Assembly (NCBI RefSeq): GCF_964204645.1
Contig: NC_134036.1
Span: 9,589,859 to 9,653,858, forward strand
DNA: 64,000 bases
Reading direction: 5' to 3'
DNA from: Tubulanus polymorphus
Taxonomy: Eukaryota > Animalia > Nemertea
Shown: one piece after another, positions 11,154 through 23,580 of the stretch
Layout of the letters: every line of letters begins with the position of its first letter
Numbering within the stretch: the stretch's first letter is position 1
Position numbers and translations under genes: made by a program
The notes under the pieces: model-generated
What the model saw: the letters and a program-made list of their open reading frames with translations, nothing else
What the model was told of the DNA's origin: nothing
Databases searched by the model: none

Positions 11154-13544
11154 CGGTTCCTGAACTTCGCTGAAAAAGCTGAAACACTGAAAACCTGAAA
11201 CGCTGAAATAAAAACGCTGAAATTTCAGGGAATTTCCGAAAAACGCCGAAATTTCAGGGAATTCCCGAAAAACGCTGAAATCGTGCTAGGTACCGACAAT
11301 ACACGTTTTGAAATGTTTTCCGGGCCGGTGTCCGCTGACGAGTCCTGAACCGTGTTTTATGCTCTACCTTCGGTAACAGAGACATGCCCTAAGGTCGTCG
11401 TCATGATCGACTTGATCGATTGCGGATTGCGTGGATTGTTAGATGTGTTTTTTGCCATAGTTTTATGTGCATATACCGGTACGATCTAACAATGAAGTTA
11501 TCACTGCATCTGAATAAATTCTTAATCACAGTAATATTAATTCACAATATTTTTTCTTATGTTTGGTGATTTCTTGCAATTTATCATTGCCAAGTCTCAT
11601 ACAAGTAGTAGCTGAATGAAAGTACAGTTGAAAGTACAGTTGGGTTATCAGGCTGAACCTGATAACCCAAATTAAGTGCTAGCATGGAACTAATGATTAT
11701 TTTGATTCTATTTTCGGTGTCATTGAAATTCGTTAATAAAGGTTCAACCGTCATAGTATACTGTACTTAGCATTGCTACAATTGGGTGCCATATTTCTAC
11801 AATTTCTACAAGGAGGAAGGAATCTTTAAGTGTCTTTGTTCCCGGGTAGGGTACGGGGTAAAACCTGGTTTACTTTCTCTTTCGACTTGCCGGAGACTAC
11901 TATCTGCAATGTATTGCATGCTTTGATGTGTCTGGCCTATAGGAGTCGAACGATATTTTCTTCCCATACACAGGCATGGCTTTAGTGTAGATGAAGGCTA
12001 GGCACTGCACATTGTGGATTGACTGGAACTCTTAACTCACAAAATTAAACGAGTCAACAAGAAAGATCCAATAATTGGACATTTGTCTAACTATATTATT
12101 TAACAGCTTGAAATAATACATAACACATTCTGCAAGAGTATACAAAGGAAATCAGTTCTTACATTATATCAGAATCAATAGTTCGCTTAACTAGAATTCT
12201 GGTTCCATTGCTTCATATTCTAATGAAATCCACTAGTATACCTTAGAATATCGCTTAGCTTAAGACTAAAAATTTGGTACCAGGAAACAGGGAAGAAAAG
12301 TGGGTGTACTTTCCATCCGCAATTGACTTATTTCTCTCTGGTTGAATCAAGTTATAATTGAAATAGCATTCGAATAGCCATTTTATTTTTAAAAATTGTG
12401 TCGTTCAGCTATCCTGCTGCAAATTTCGCAGTTGAAGTTTACTGGTGCCATCTGATTTCTCAGTATCTCAAAAAATTTGCACATTCTAAGCCTGAATCTA
12501 AAAATAAAAAAAGGTGCATTTTAGTCGGATATAAAAGAATAGTGGCTAATACACCCTGGACTATATAGCCTATGGGGTGGGCCTAGTTTGAAAGCACTGA
12601 GGTCCGAGAGAACAGCACTTAGTAAATAAATACTGAAATTAAACTTACAAAACACCCAGTACTTGAGATGATGTACTTGACAAGAAGTGTCACCAGCTAA
12701 GCAAATCAACTTTGTCTATGACTCCTCCTTTTATAGATTCAGTAGTAGTCTAAAAATAAGAATCGGTACATTTTTCTAACAGTTGGTATGTCATTTCTTC
12801 AAAAAAACTAATTATTATCACGCCACAGCAAATAAATTATTCACAGTTGTTGAATGGTTAGCCCGATTTAGATTAATTGGTTGACGCTAATCAGTATGAC
12901 CCATACGTAGGGGCCTACTGCATGCCATTGGCGTCAATCCATTCCATTCCATTCCACAGTGAATTAAAAAGAAATTTAGTTAGATCCCTTTTGTCTAAAA
13001 GCTGCATCATTTATATAACTAGCTGTCAAATTTAATTTACCTCCTTCAGAGAATACCATAGTGACATAGTCCGTCGCCCATCAACGTGTTGACAAAAGAA
13101 AAGTTGCTCCATGTTTTATACATGAACGTTCAAATAAGATATTTTGCGTCTTGCAGGGAATATTGAGCTTAGTGTTTAAGTTGGCTTGCACGGTTTGTGA
13201 ATGGGTTTTCCTCATTATGCTGCCTGTATGCATTAAAAATCCGGATTTCAAGCGAATTAATTTGTCCAACAAGTGGCCCTCTAAAAGTATACTCCACACA
13301 TACTGTCCATGCGTGTCTCTGTAACCGAAGGTAGAGACTAAAACACGGTTCAGGACTCGGCAGCGGACACCGGCCCGGAAAATATTTCAGAACGTGTATT
13401 GTTGGTACCTAGCACGATTTCAGCGTTTTTCGGGAATTCCCTGAAATTTCGGCGTTTTTCGGAAATTCCCTGAAATTTCAGCGTTTTTATTTCAGCGTTT
13501 CAGCGTTTCAGTGATTCAGCTTTTTCAGCGAAGTTCAGGAACCG
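11154..13544. mobile_element. Non-autonomous Mutator/Foldback-like DNA transposon, about 230-bp TIRs
   Basis: CGGTTCCTGAAC... / ...GTTCAGGAACCG TIRs with internal GCTGAAA repeats; perfect 9-bp TSD GCTAATTTG (11145-11153, 13545-13553); no long ORF. Confidence 0.9.
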
Positions 13545-14270
13545 GCTAATTTGGTACCGGGCCGGGGGTAGGCCTAAGGGCGTATTAGGCCTACTCGATC
13601 CACATCAGGACCTACTTTGTTTTGGTATTGAAATTTACATTATTAGGCCTAATGGACTCAAATTTCATGTCATATGATAGTTCAAATAATAACTATCCGG
13701 ATATTCTGAAACGATAACATCGCTTTTTAGCATGTGGGCTGAGGCCTAATCCGAGTGGCATCTTTTTGTAGAAAATCCCGGACGCGGATTGCAAAAGTGG
13801 TCAGTCAAAATTTATCGTAATATAGACGTATCGTATATCAAATTAAACGTGGGAAAATTTTCTTCTTCGAGATGTTTCGTTTTATTTTGTATATTTGATC
13901 ACTGAGAAGAAATTAGTTTATTACCAGCGGCTTCCGCATGCGTGGAAAAATCCAGAATATCCCAAGTTTTTGCGCCTGTATAGCGCGAAAACTAGATCAC
14001 TCAGCGAAAAAGTAAAAACTTGACGAAGTTGAGATGGGAACTAAATTTATTTCCAAGGCACGAGGGGATGATATACGTCATCATTGAACCAGCAATAAGG
14101 AAACCCGTCCACAACCTCCGTGCTATCCTTTAACCATTAGCTCGATCACGTGATAGCGGCTCAGCTATTTTTAGCGAGAGGTCGAATCCCGCCAATCAAT
14201 ACAATTGTTGCGGGTCGCCGAGCGTTACTCGTTTTCGCGTGTTCGCGTACGGTCGTGCTGGAACATCGCT

Positions 14271-16185
14271 TCAGTCTTGGTGAGGCTTGTAGTCAGTCCA
14301 AATGCTTTTGCTGCTGCAGTGAACCTGAAGCTGGATTTCTTCCGGGGTGTGAGCTGACAAAGCGCAGTCATCAACGAACAGTAGATCGCGAATGATCATC
14401 TCGAACACCTTTCGTTTAGCAGAGAACCGACGGAGATTAAACAGTTTGCCATCGGTTCGAACTTGCAGGAAGACACCCGTGTCCAGGTCTTTAAAGGCAT
14501 GGTGTAACATCAGTGAGAAGACAATCCCAAACAGGGTTGGGGCTAGGACACAGCCCTGTTTGGTACCGTTTCTTATTGGTTGAGTCACGGAAGGTTTTCC
14601 AGGCATCTTCAATTGTGTTAGATGCTTCTATGTCTTCAAGGGATGCGATATTGTTCTGAAGGGCTGTGCGCTTTTCTTCATCCTTCAGGACCTCTATACC
14701 TAACTTTCTTGCTGCAGTTTTACCCTGGTGACGCTTGGGTTTCTCTGTCCGTGGGAGTTTGACATTGCTTCTAATGAGAAGGTGATCGGACCAACAACCA
14801 CTGCCGCGCAGCGCTCGGGTTATGCAAACATCCTTTAGGTCTTTTTGGCGTGTGATGATGTGGTCAATCAGGTGCCAGTGTTTAGACCTTTGGTGCATTC
14901 AGGACGCTTTGTGTTTTTTTTTCAGGGAGCTCAAAGTAAGTATTCGTCATTGCAAGACTATGCTGAGAGCAGGTGGAGAGTAGGAGTGTACCATTGGTGT
15001 TCGAGTGGCCGATTCCATGATGGCCCAGTACCTTAGGTCATGTGGCATGATCACGTCCAACTCATGCATTGAAGTCGCCCATGAGAAATAATCTGTGGTT
15101 TTCAGGGGTTACCGTAATTATTCTGTTTAGCCCATCGTAGAACTCCTCTTTGGTGTCCTCGCTGTGCATCATTGTGGGTGCATATGCGCTCAGAACGGTC
15201 ATGTTATGCGAGCCCGACTTTATGCGTAGTACCAATAGACGTTCAGATATCCCTTCTGGGGCTATCTCTAGGTCTTTCATCAAGTCGGTTCTGATGGCAA
15301 AGCCAACTCCAGCATGCCTTGGGGTACCCCCTGGTAGACCTTTCCAGTAGAAAGTGTAGCCAGAATCTGACAGCTTGCCTTCCCCACTAAATCTCGTTTC
15401 ACTTAGTGCTGCGATGTCGATACTATACTTTTCTAGTGTTTTAGCAATGATCGCTGTTCTGCGTTCTAACTGACGATCATTTTCGAGTAGTGTTCTGACA
15501 TTCCAAGATGCGAAATATAGTTTCTTCTGACCGTTTCTACCGCATGATTGGATAACTAACCAGGCGCGGCTGCCTGATAAGTTTAGGTGTGACAGGCGAT
15601 GTTTGAGACATGTTTTCTAGTCTCTTCCTCATTCAAGGAGAGCAGCGTTAATCCTAAAGAGGCCTGCTCTGACATCTGGACAGGATACGAATCTGTCACG
15701 ATTCTTGGCTGAGCGACCATCCTATCCAGATCGCCTTTCGTGTAGAGTCTTGCCTTGTAGCTTCCAGCAGTATTCCCACCTGCTACCGTCAGTATTTCTC
15801 CATCGCCGAAGGACTTGTGAAAAAAAGCTTTGAGAAGCTGTTGACCTGCACGTATTGTAAGTGGGTGTTGTTTGTGCAGAGCAAGACCCACTCTCACGTC
15901 TGCAGCAGTCATGGTCCATCTGGTGCCACTGGGACCACAAGCTGGAGGCTGGAGCAGATGCAGATCAATTGCCTTGTAGCGCTTAAGGATTTGATCTATC
16001 CTGGTTTTGAGGTCGGTGATGTCCTTCACTTAGGAAGGCTGCCATTATCCTTCCTGCCCAGGTTTGAAATCAGTGTTTTCCGTCACCTAGGAAGGCTGCC
16101 ATTATCCAAGGCTGCGACCCCTCCCTGCCCTGGGAAGATGCCTTGCAGGGCTTATGGTCCCTTTCCTGAACAGGTTTTTGAATAA
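14271..16185 (-). mobile_element. RTE-clade (BovB-like) LINE remnant: 5' leader, APE endonuclease, internal deletion, RT fragment, 3' truncated
   Basis: FASWNVRTL, DIAALSETR, GVGFAI, SAYAPT, GDFNA, WHLIDHI, WSDH (APE); GTKQGCVLAPTLF, RTDGKLFNLRR, LFVDDCAL (RTE RT); EN joined to RT near 14580. Confidence 0.92.
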
Positions 16186-16919
16186 CGTTATTAGCAATGT
16201 CTCTATTGGAACCGCTGGACCGTAAAAATGCCTCTCTCTCTATCTACGTCTCCGCTACCGCCGCTTCTGCTACACATTTCAGCGAGTCGAAAATACTTCA
16301 AATATCTTGCAGTAAAAATACGTGCGTAAATCAACTCAAGAAAAAATGATTAAGCAACCGAAATTCACGTGTTTGCAGTTATCCTCGTTTAAGTTTGTTC
16401 ACTGATTGCTATATATGTTATGAGGTCATCTTACCATCGAAGCTCATACACTCGACAAAAGCGAGTTAAATACGCGCGGAAATATTCAAATCCAAATTTC
16501 CAATTTAATGAATATTCATCGTCAAACATGTATTTTTTTCTGTATATGATCGCCAATATACTTTATGATCAAAGATTCCAAACACCCATATAACATTGTT
16601 AAGTGTTCGGGGATTTTTGAAACGTTGGATTCTAATCAATTTTGAATCCATAGCTGCGTAGAAAGGAGCGTTGTTATGAAACGTGTTAATAAAATAATTT
16701 GATCACAATAAAGTTTTTGATATTTGCATTTTTACTACCACCTAACTATACTGGACGCGCTTCCGAAATTGTATTTCACGCTACTATAATTACGCAGGTC
16801 CCATGCTGAAAGTCATTAAATTAAAATTGAAACCGCAATTTATTTATTTTATATTCAGAAAATGAAACTTAAATCAAATTCAATTGAACATAGATACGCC
16901 TATCTGATATATTCCTCAG

Positions 16920-19900
16920 CCTCCTTGCAGAGCCATTCACCAGAGATTTGGATGTTCAATTCTAAGGTAAATCATATTATATATAATGCATGATATATTA
17001 TATAATGCATAGGTAGTGATTCGTGCAAAGTATCGCGTAGTGTCGTGTTTTTAGACAATCTGTATGCCTTATTTTGTGATTTAGAGAAAAAAAATATTTG
17101 TTTGAAAATCAAGATTTATCATCGACAGAATCTGAAGATTGCGTTGGATTCAAACTACTTTGGTTATAAGGATCTAGCACATCCATTCCTATTTGAAATA
17201 TCCTGCATATTTCAGCGTTTTTTTAGAATCGACTGTCACTGAAAAGATACTGAATAGATTTTACAGCAAGGTGTATATGTTAAATGCCTCACGTCGTTCA
17301 GAACATATGTTTCATGCATGCTTCCATATCAGATTTACTCACGAGGGTTTTGCGCGCCACAGTCTTTTGAAAAAAAGCAAATTGTTAATGCATATAAATC
17401 ACGATATCATTCTAAACCTAATGTTGATATCATGTAATGTACGAAAACATTTATTAGTAGATTGGAAAATGTCTTAGAAGGTGGTCACGCTTTGTTCCTA
17501 GCGTGGGAATCTTGTATGGTTATAGGCAGCAACGATTGTCTCCTTGGAATAAGAATTTGAAAATATGTTTTGGATTATAATCGATTATCCATGTTGTATT
17601 GAGAGAGATATAGTTTCATTTCTAGGAGGGAAAACCTTATTCCTCGGTCTTGCTAGTCTCCATTCAAGGACCGGTCGCTCAAAATTTGGTAACAGTCAGC
17701 CAGTGAACAGTTGATAGTTAAAGTTCATCATTACTATGCTATTCATCCGCCGCATATCTTTAACCATTTCTTTTATCTACTTTGAAGATTTTGGGATTTT
17801 TACCTCGGGGATTTCTACCCTGGGGATTTTTCACTTCATCCACATACCAGGCTGGGCAAAAATTAAGTTTATGACCCGGGTGACGGTCTAGATCACGCGA
17901 CTATAATTGCGACTGTGCGTGATGTCTGTATAACTATGGTCTACGGTATTTATTCGCCAGTCAGGACCGCGCCCAGTGGTCGACAGGAATACGCACAAGT
18001 TCACTTTATGATCGCAGATGTAAGAACAGAAAAACGGTTGGTCACTCATCAGAATGATGTATTCCACATACAGGCACCGTAGATCAGCGAAAATATTGAA
18101 ATATACCGTATGAAAAATTGATGTTCAGAAATTCTAAAAGGGGACAGCTCAATAAATAAAACGACTGTCCTTGAGTGACCAAACTAGAAAAACACTTTGC
18201 GCGAGTAAATAGTGATGTGCGCGTGGGTCGATTTTGAAATGCCGGGTGCGCATCGATTCGGCTCGACAAAACACCGATATAGATTTCACGCAATATCAAG
18301 CTGTGCAATCATTGGTTTAATTTATGAACTATTTCGCACAGCGTGTTTTATTCTTTTGCTGAATGTTCCTGCTCTCTAGCGACGAGATATTTTCATTTCG
18401 AAAGTTGAACAGGTTAGAAGAAGGTAAGCCCGGCGATGAAATATTATTCAATTATTTCCTAATCGAACGTTCGTTGTCAATGTATGCAGAATCAAAGTAT
18501 CATGAGAAAATTTTGATTATGGATTTTATGCGTCGTAATTAAAATACGTTCCACGACGGCCTATCGAAGACAAGTCCACGAATTGTATAGAGTTAGAAAG
18601 GGAAGAGCGAGCGGTGTGGGCGAGTGGTTTCGTTCCGAAGAGATCATTTCCTTACAGAAATATTTACTTTTCGCCGGGGCTCCGTTAATTGGAATCACGA
18701 TCCACACTCGGAAGGGTTTCGGTTATATTTTGGTCCCAATTCCAAAATTTTGGTCAAGGGGTGTGGAACACAGCTTGAGCGTATAGTGGGTTCGAATCCA
18801 TTGACCGGTGAAGATGATGGTTCTGTGGCTTTTCTACTCTTGATCCTGTCCCATAGTTTTAATTTGACATGGGCGAATATGTTCATTAGTTAACTGGATT
18901 ATATTAGGGCCTGAATTTTCAGTAAAATATATCGGACGAAATAGTTTCATATTCCAACCGTTCTCACTCTTGATTCAAGTACAAATATTAACAGCTGTCA
19001 TGTTAAGAGAATTGAATTGAAATGTGAATAATGTATAAAACGTATTAAGTGTAAAATGGATGAGCGAATTTTCTACATAAACTTTCCTATATTGAATACA
19101 GCAGCCGAACCTTCGGCCAGACCCTAAGTAAATAACATACGTAGTGTTAAAGCATATTTATGAGGATCATTCATTGTCGTGTCACTGATCATACCTTCTA
19201 AGTAACATATTCTGAGTATTTCTACATTTAACCAAATGAAGACATTAGATTACACAATCTCGTGTTTTAATGATAAGATACGAATTAACGATGATTACCT
19301 TTATTACATATAACGCCTATTCAACCAAAAATATGTGACAGAAACTAGTTTTCGTGTTTCTTTGATGCCCGTCCGCACTTAGGGCCAGGCTACAAAATAT
19401 ACAGCGTATGTCATTAAACTGACTTCATTTAATCTAATATTTCAAACAAATAATTACTGAATTAACCATTAAATCGGCGGGTTTTATTCTCACCGTTTCG
19501 AACTGATGAGGCTAATTGTGACCAAACTCTCGCTTCAAAGTACGACATTCAAATCAACAATGCAGAAAACCCGTTATCGCTGCATTACAAAATATCTTAT
19601 ACCATTTTTTCTGAAGAAGCATTATTTTAAATCTGCTACATTATGTAACATGCGATTGGTTTACTGAGACCTCATTGAAAACTGTTGGTTAATCAGAATT
19701 TGGGATTTTCGAAATTGTCAAATTATATGGCTATAGGTGAAAATCCCCTAGGTAAAAATCCCCAAATATTCAAAGGAGGTAAAAATCCCCACTTATTGCT
19801 CTCAAAGCAAACTGTTTAAATGTTTTAATTCAAATAGTATATCTATCGGTTGTATGGGCCTGATATCGTCGATGTTGTTCCGCAGTAACGTATGAATTAA

Positions 19901-20490
19901 TTGGATATATGTATCAATAATATGAATTATTTGACCTTGAGATCGTGTCTCCTTACATTCAATTCAATTCGTAAAGGAAGGCGAGGTATTTTTACCTGCT
20001 TCGAAGAATTGGGGACTTTTACCAAGGTGCTTTTACCACTTACCAATTCTTATATTTCTTATTCAACTGTTAGGCGTTGAAAATGCTTGCTTACTTAATG
20101 ACTCGTGTATGGGCTGTTGTTGTGGTCGTGGCCAGTGGCGCGTCATTTGCAGAGGGTGAGTAACGACTGGGGAAATAATGCATATATTCGTAGGTTTTCA
20201 ATATTAACATATATCGAAGTGACATTAATCGACGAATCGATTTGTTTGTCCGAATGGTCGACATAAACGAGGCTAATCGTTCGTCCTCATCTTCAGGATC
20301 AGCGCCGGCCCTACGTCTGGGCGAAGGTTCAATTACTCATTCAATTAAGTTTAAGTTAAAACAATTGACTCATCACACATTAAATGTCATCTTCTTTTTA
20401 AGTATAGGTTGCAAGTCATCGGGTTCTGCGTGTAGTGATTTCACTGAGTGTTGCAGCCGGTCCTGCACTATCATAAATGAATGTTGCTAA
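16920..20490 (+). CDS. Putative spliced precursor of a secreted cystine-knot (ICK) toxin-like peptide; exons 16920-16966, 18380-18423, 20403 (or 20408)-20490; no intact signal exon found
   Basis: AG/GT-bounded, phase-compatible exons give SLQSHSPEIWMFNSK|RRDIFISKVEQVRRS|IGCKSSGSACSDFTECCSRSCTIINECC*; C-x6-C-x5-CC-x3-C-x5-C; AATAAA near 20643. Confidence 0.6.
18608..18810 (+). pseudogene. tRNA-derived SINE or tRNA pseudogene remnant, apparently interrupted
   Basis: A-box-like TGGGCGAGTGG near 18617 and B-box GGTTCGAATCC at 18789-18799, about 160 bp apart. Confidence 0.3.
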
Positions 20491-23400
20491 TCGTCGGTGG
20501 CAATTTGGTTTCCTATTGGATATACTTTTGGCGATTTTTGAAATATCCGATTATGAAACTGAACCGCATTCAGGTAACTGACTGACTGAATTGAATTCAT
20601 ATTTGTAACTCAGTCGTCAAATATCGTGTTATAATTAGATTAAATAAAGCTGCGAGTAAATAAATGAATTATCGGGTTGTTTACTGTTTATAATTCGTCG
20701 GTGACGATTTCTAAAGTTACAAATAGGATGCACCGTTCCATCACCGGCGACGAACGTCAATCGTCCATTCAAGTAAAATCGCCAGTTTAAAGATTCAACT
20801 TCTTATCCTTGTACTTGTTATCTGCATCACCTAAAGAAAATTAGTCAAATAGATTCTTATTTTATTGTAGGAAATTCTACTGAAAACTGATTTTGAAATG
20901 AATTATGTGTCGATTGATCCAGATGAAATAATTACAGCTAAATCAACTGACGATAAACAAGGTGGAGTTTTCATTTATCTTCGGATAATTTGTCTACCAC
21001 TGATGATACAGGCATTTTCGCGACATCTTTTGAAACCTCAACGCTTTATCTGCACGCGTCAATTAGTCGGCCACAGTCGATTTTCATGCCATCTGACCTC
21101 TTTCCACCTGTAATTAAGCAATCTAATGTAACAATTACTCAGTTATGTAATATAATAGAGGATTGAAAGAAAGTATAATAGATATTTAAATCGTGCGTTT
21201 GTCGTGAAACATCTATTACTACTGTCTCGCAGAGCATAGACACCCACCGTTAAGCCATGTGGAATTGGTATTTTAAGGGCTATTCGGTTTACTCCAAAAC
21301 AAGTCTCTGTTAAACTTTTAAAAGCTTCATATCAAGGGTATATCGTAGGACTCTTGATGCTCGTGAATTATTATCCCATAATAACAATGAATCCAATTCT
21401 GCATGTACACTAGCACGACTGTTTGCTATGACCGTCGATTATATTGTACATGTACGTATGCCCACATGGTGTAGTTGATCACCACTTAAGTCTCCTGGTA
21501 CAGCCGTCCGTTGTAGCGTTAGGGTTTGAATATTAATGGCATAGAGAGTTATAACATACTTTACATTGTTTGCTTTTCTATTCGCGATAAATTCGTAATA
21601 AATGATTTAAATCATTCAATGCATTATTCAGAATCAAATACTTTCACCATGAGTGGAATTCCGAAGTTCTAACTTGAGAGTCTTCATTCTGTCAATGTCT
21701 CTGTCTTTAGATGGGTTAGGAATTGGTCTGAACGAGAATTAGGGTGAAGTTGCATCTGTGTCTGCGTTTAGTCAATAAAATACATCAATTTGATTTAATT
21801 GCTGATCTATAGTTCCATAAACGAAATTAATGGTCACTTTAAAACAGCAATTTGTACTAATTTCTATTAAAGTTATCATTTTACTATAAAATCCACACTT
21901 ATTTCGGAGGAGGGGTGGTTCAAGCAACATTACGGGAATCGCAAATAGAAGTTGGCAGCACTTTATGGGCTTATCAACTAGGTTTTAAATCTATCAGTTA
22001 GTGTGACGGGTCGCTGTTTCCTACGTGAGGTTTTCCTCCCATGAGTCACAGTTAAATTTGGGGTCCTGGAGATACGGGCGCCGGGCGACCAACTGCTCGA
22101 CGGAGCACTCTAAAAACAAAAACATATTTGGAACGCGTAGAACGCGAAAATAGAACACATAAAATGGGACACATTTTAGAACACTTTTTCTCCAGAACAC
22201 CAGATTTAGAACACGATAGAACATTTGTATGACATCAAGAACACTTCTATTGAACAGATTTTTCAGAACATATTTCGGGAACACTTCTAGGTCTGAACAA
22301 ATCCAGAACAGGAATCGACCACTTTCAGAACACATGAAGAACAAATCTAGACTTTTCCTGGATCAAATAATTTTCCTCCAAAGCAGAAAAGAATCAACCA
22401 TACACATAATACAAGATATCAGAAAAGATACAAACACGTTATTAAATTTTAAACACATTGTGTTTGATTAAAACAATATAACAATTGCTTTATCGTAACA
22501 AAAACATTAAACCGAGACCGGTTATACGTGTATCTCTCGTGGAGATCGAAAAGATTTAATACTTTTTAATACCTCTCTGTATTCAAATACTGTAATTAAC
22601 GAAATACCACGTTAGTATATAACTGTATAAACTAAATCTATCAGGATAAATCATGATAGTCCAAGAAATGTGCCTGACGAAATAACCAAAATGAGAAAAT
22701 TCTTACTTAGTTCACTTCAATACTTAGAAGTGAAATATCATAAAATAAATGTTACTTAGAATTACATTAGAAAGTGTAAAGCTAATATCAGCTCAACAAG
22801 TGATCAAGGTCCATTTAGTAAAAGATGCCAGATGGTACCAACTTTTTCACGGTTACTGCATTTGACAATGTTCATACCGGACACATACCAAATCTGAAAA
22901 CTTGCAAGATACCAAACAAATATCGCTGTACTCCAAAAGTTGTAGAGCTGTAATAGGCAATTGCTAGTAACACTTTTAGAGTGGTACTACCTCTGTACAT
23001 TTTGTGACAGCCCCTCAAACTCAAACATGTATCATAAAAAGCCCCTTAAACTCGAACAGAAAAAAGCCCCTTAAACTCAAACATAAAAAGCAATCATCAT
23101 AAATTGAAAAAATTCAATTTTTTGAATGTTTTTCAAAATGATTCCAGTTCAAGGTATCAAAAGAGATAATAATAAAGAGAGTAAATATTGAATTTAAAAA
23201 AAAAATCTTTTTAATTGCTATACTGAGAAACTCACCCTGAAATCTCTTTAAAATTTCTCTTTAAAATGGCTACATATTATGTATATATACAAGTATCAGG
23301 TATACAAATGGGCAATCTATCTGACTTCTGTTGTCAAAACATAATGAAAAAATAGCTAAATCACAATAAAACCAGGAAAAAATTAATTTCTGTTAGTTGT

Positions 23401-23580
23401 CCCAGTATAAGGAGCTTGTAGAAACTTTCAGTCTAAAATAAGTTAAGACTACATCTGTATTGAATTCACCTGAATTAAAATTTACCTGATATTTATACAT
23501 ACGCCAACCTATATAACCTGTTACAAAATATTTTATATTCTTACACGATTTCTATAGATTGATAGTCTATCACGCCAATT

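Noticed and set aside
15583-16029. 148-aa ORF as a LINE ORF1
   Set aside because: No recognisable domain; RTE-clade elements usually lack a true ORF1; cannot be supported
18608-18810. Functional tRNA gene
   Set aside because: A and B boxes too far apart, no anticodon arm or clean acceptor stem
19495-19535. CTGATGAG hammerhead ribozyme core (similar hits near 18045 on the minus strand and 46537)
   Set aside because: No correctly placed GAAA and no convincing stems
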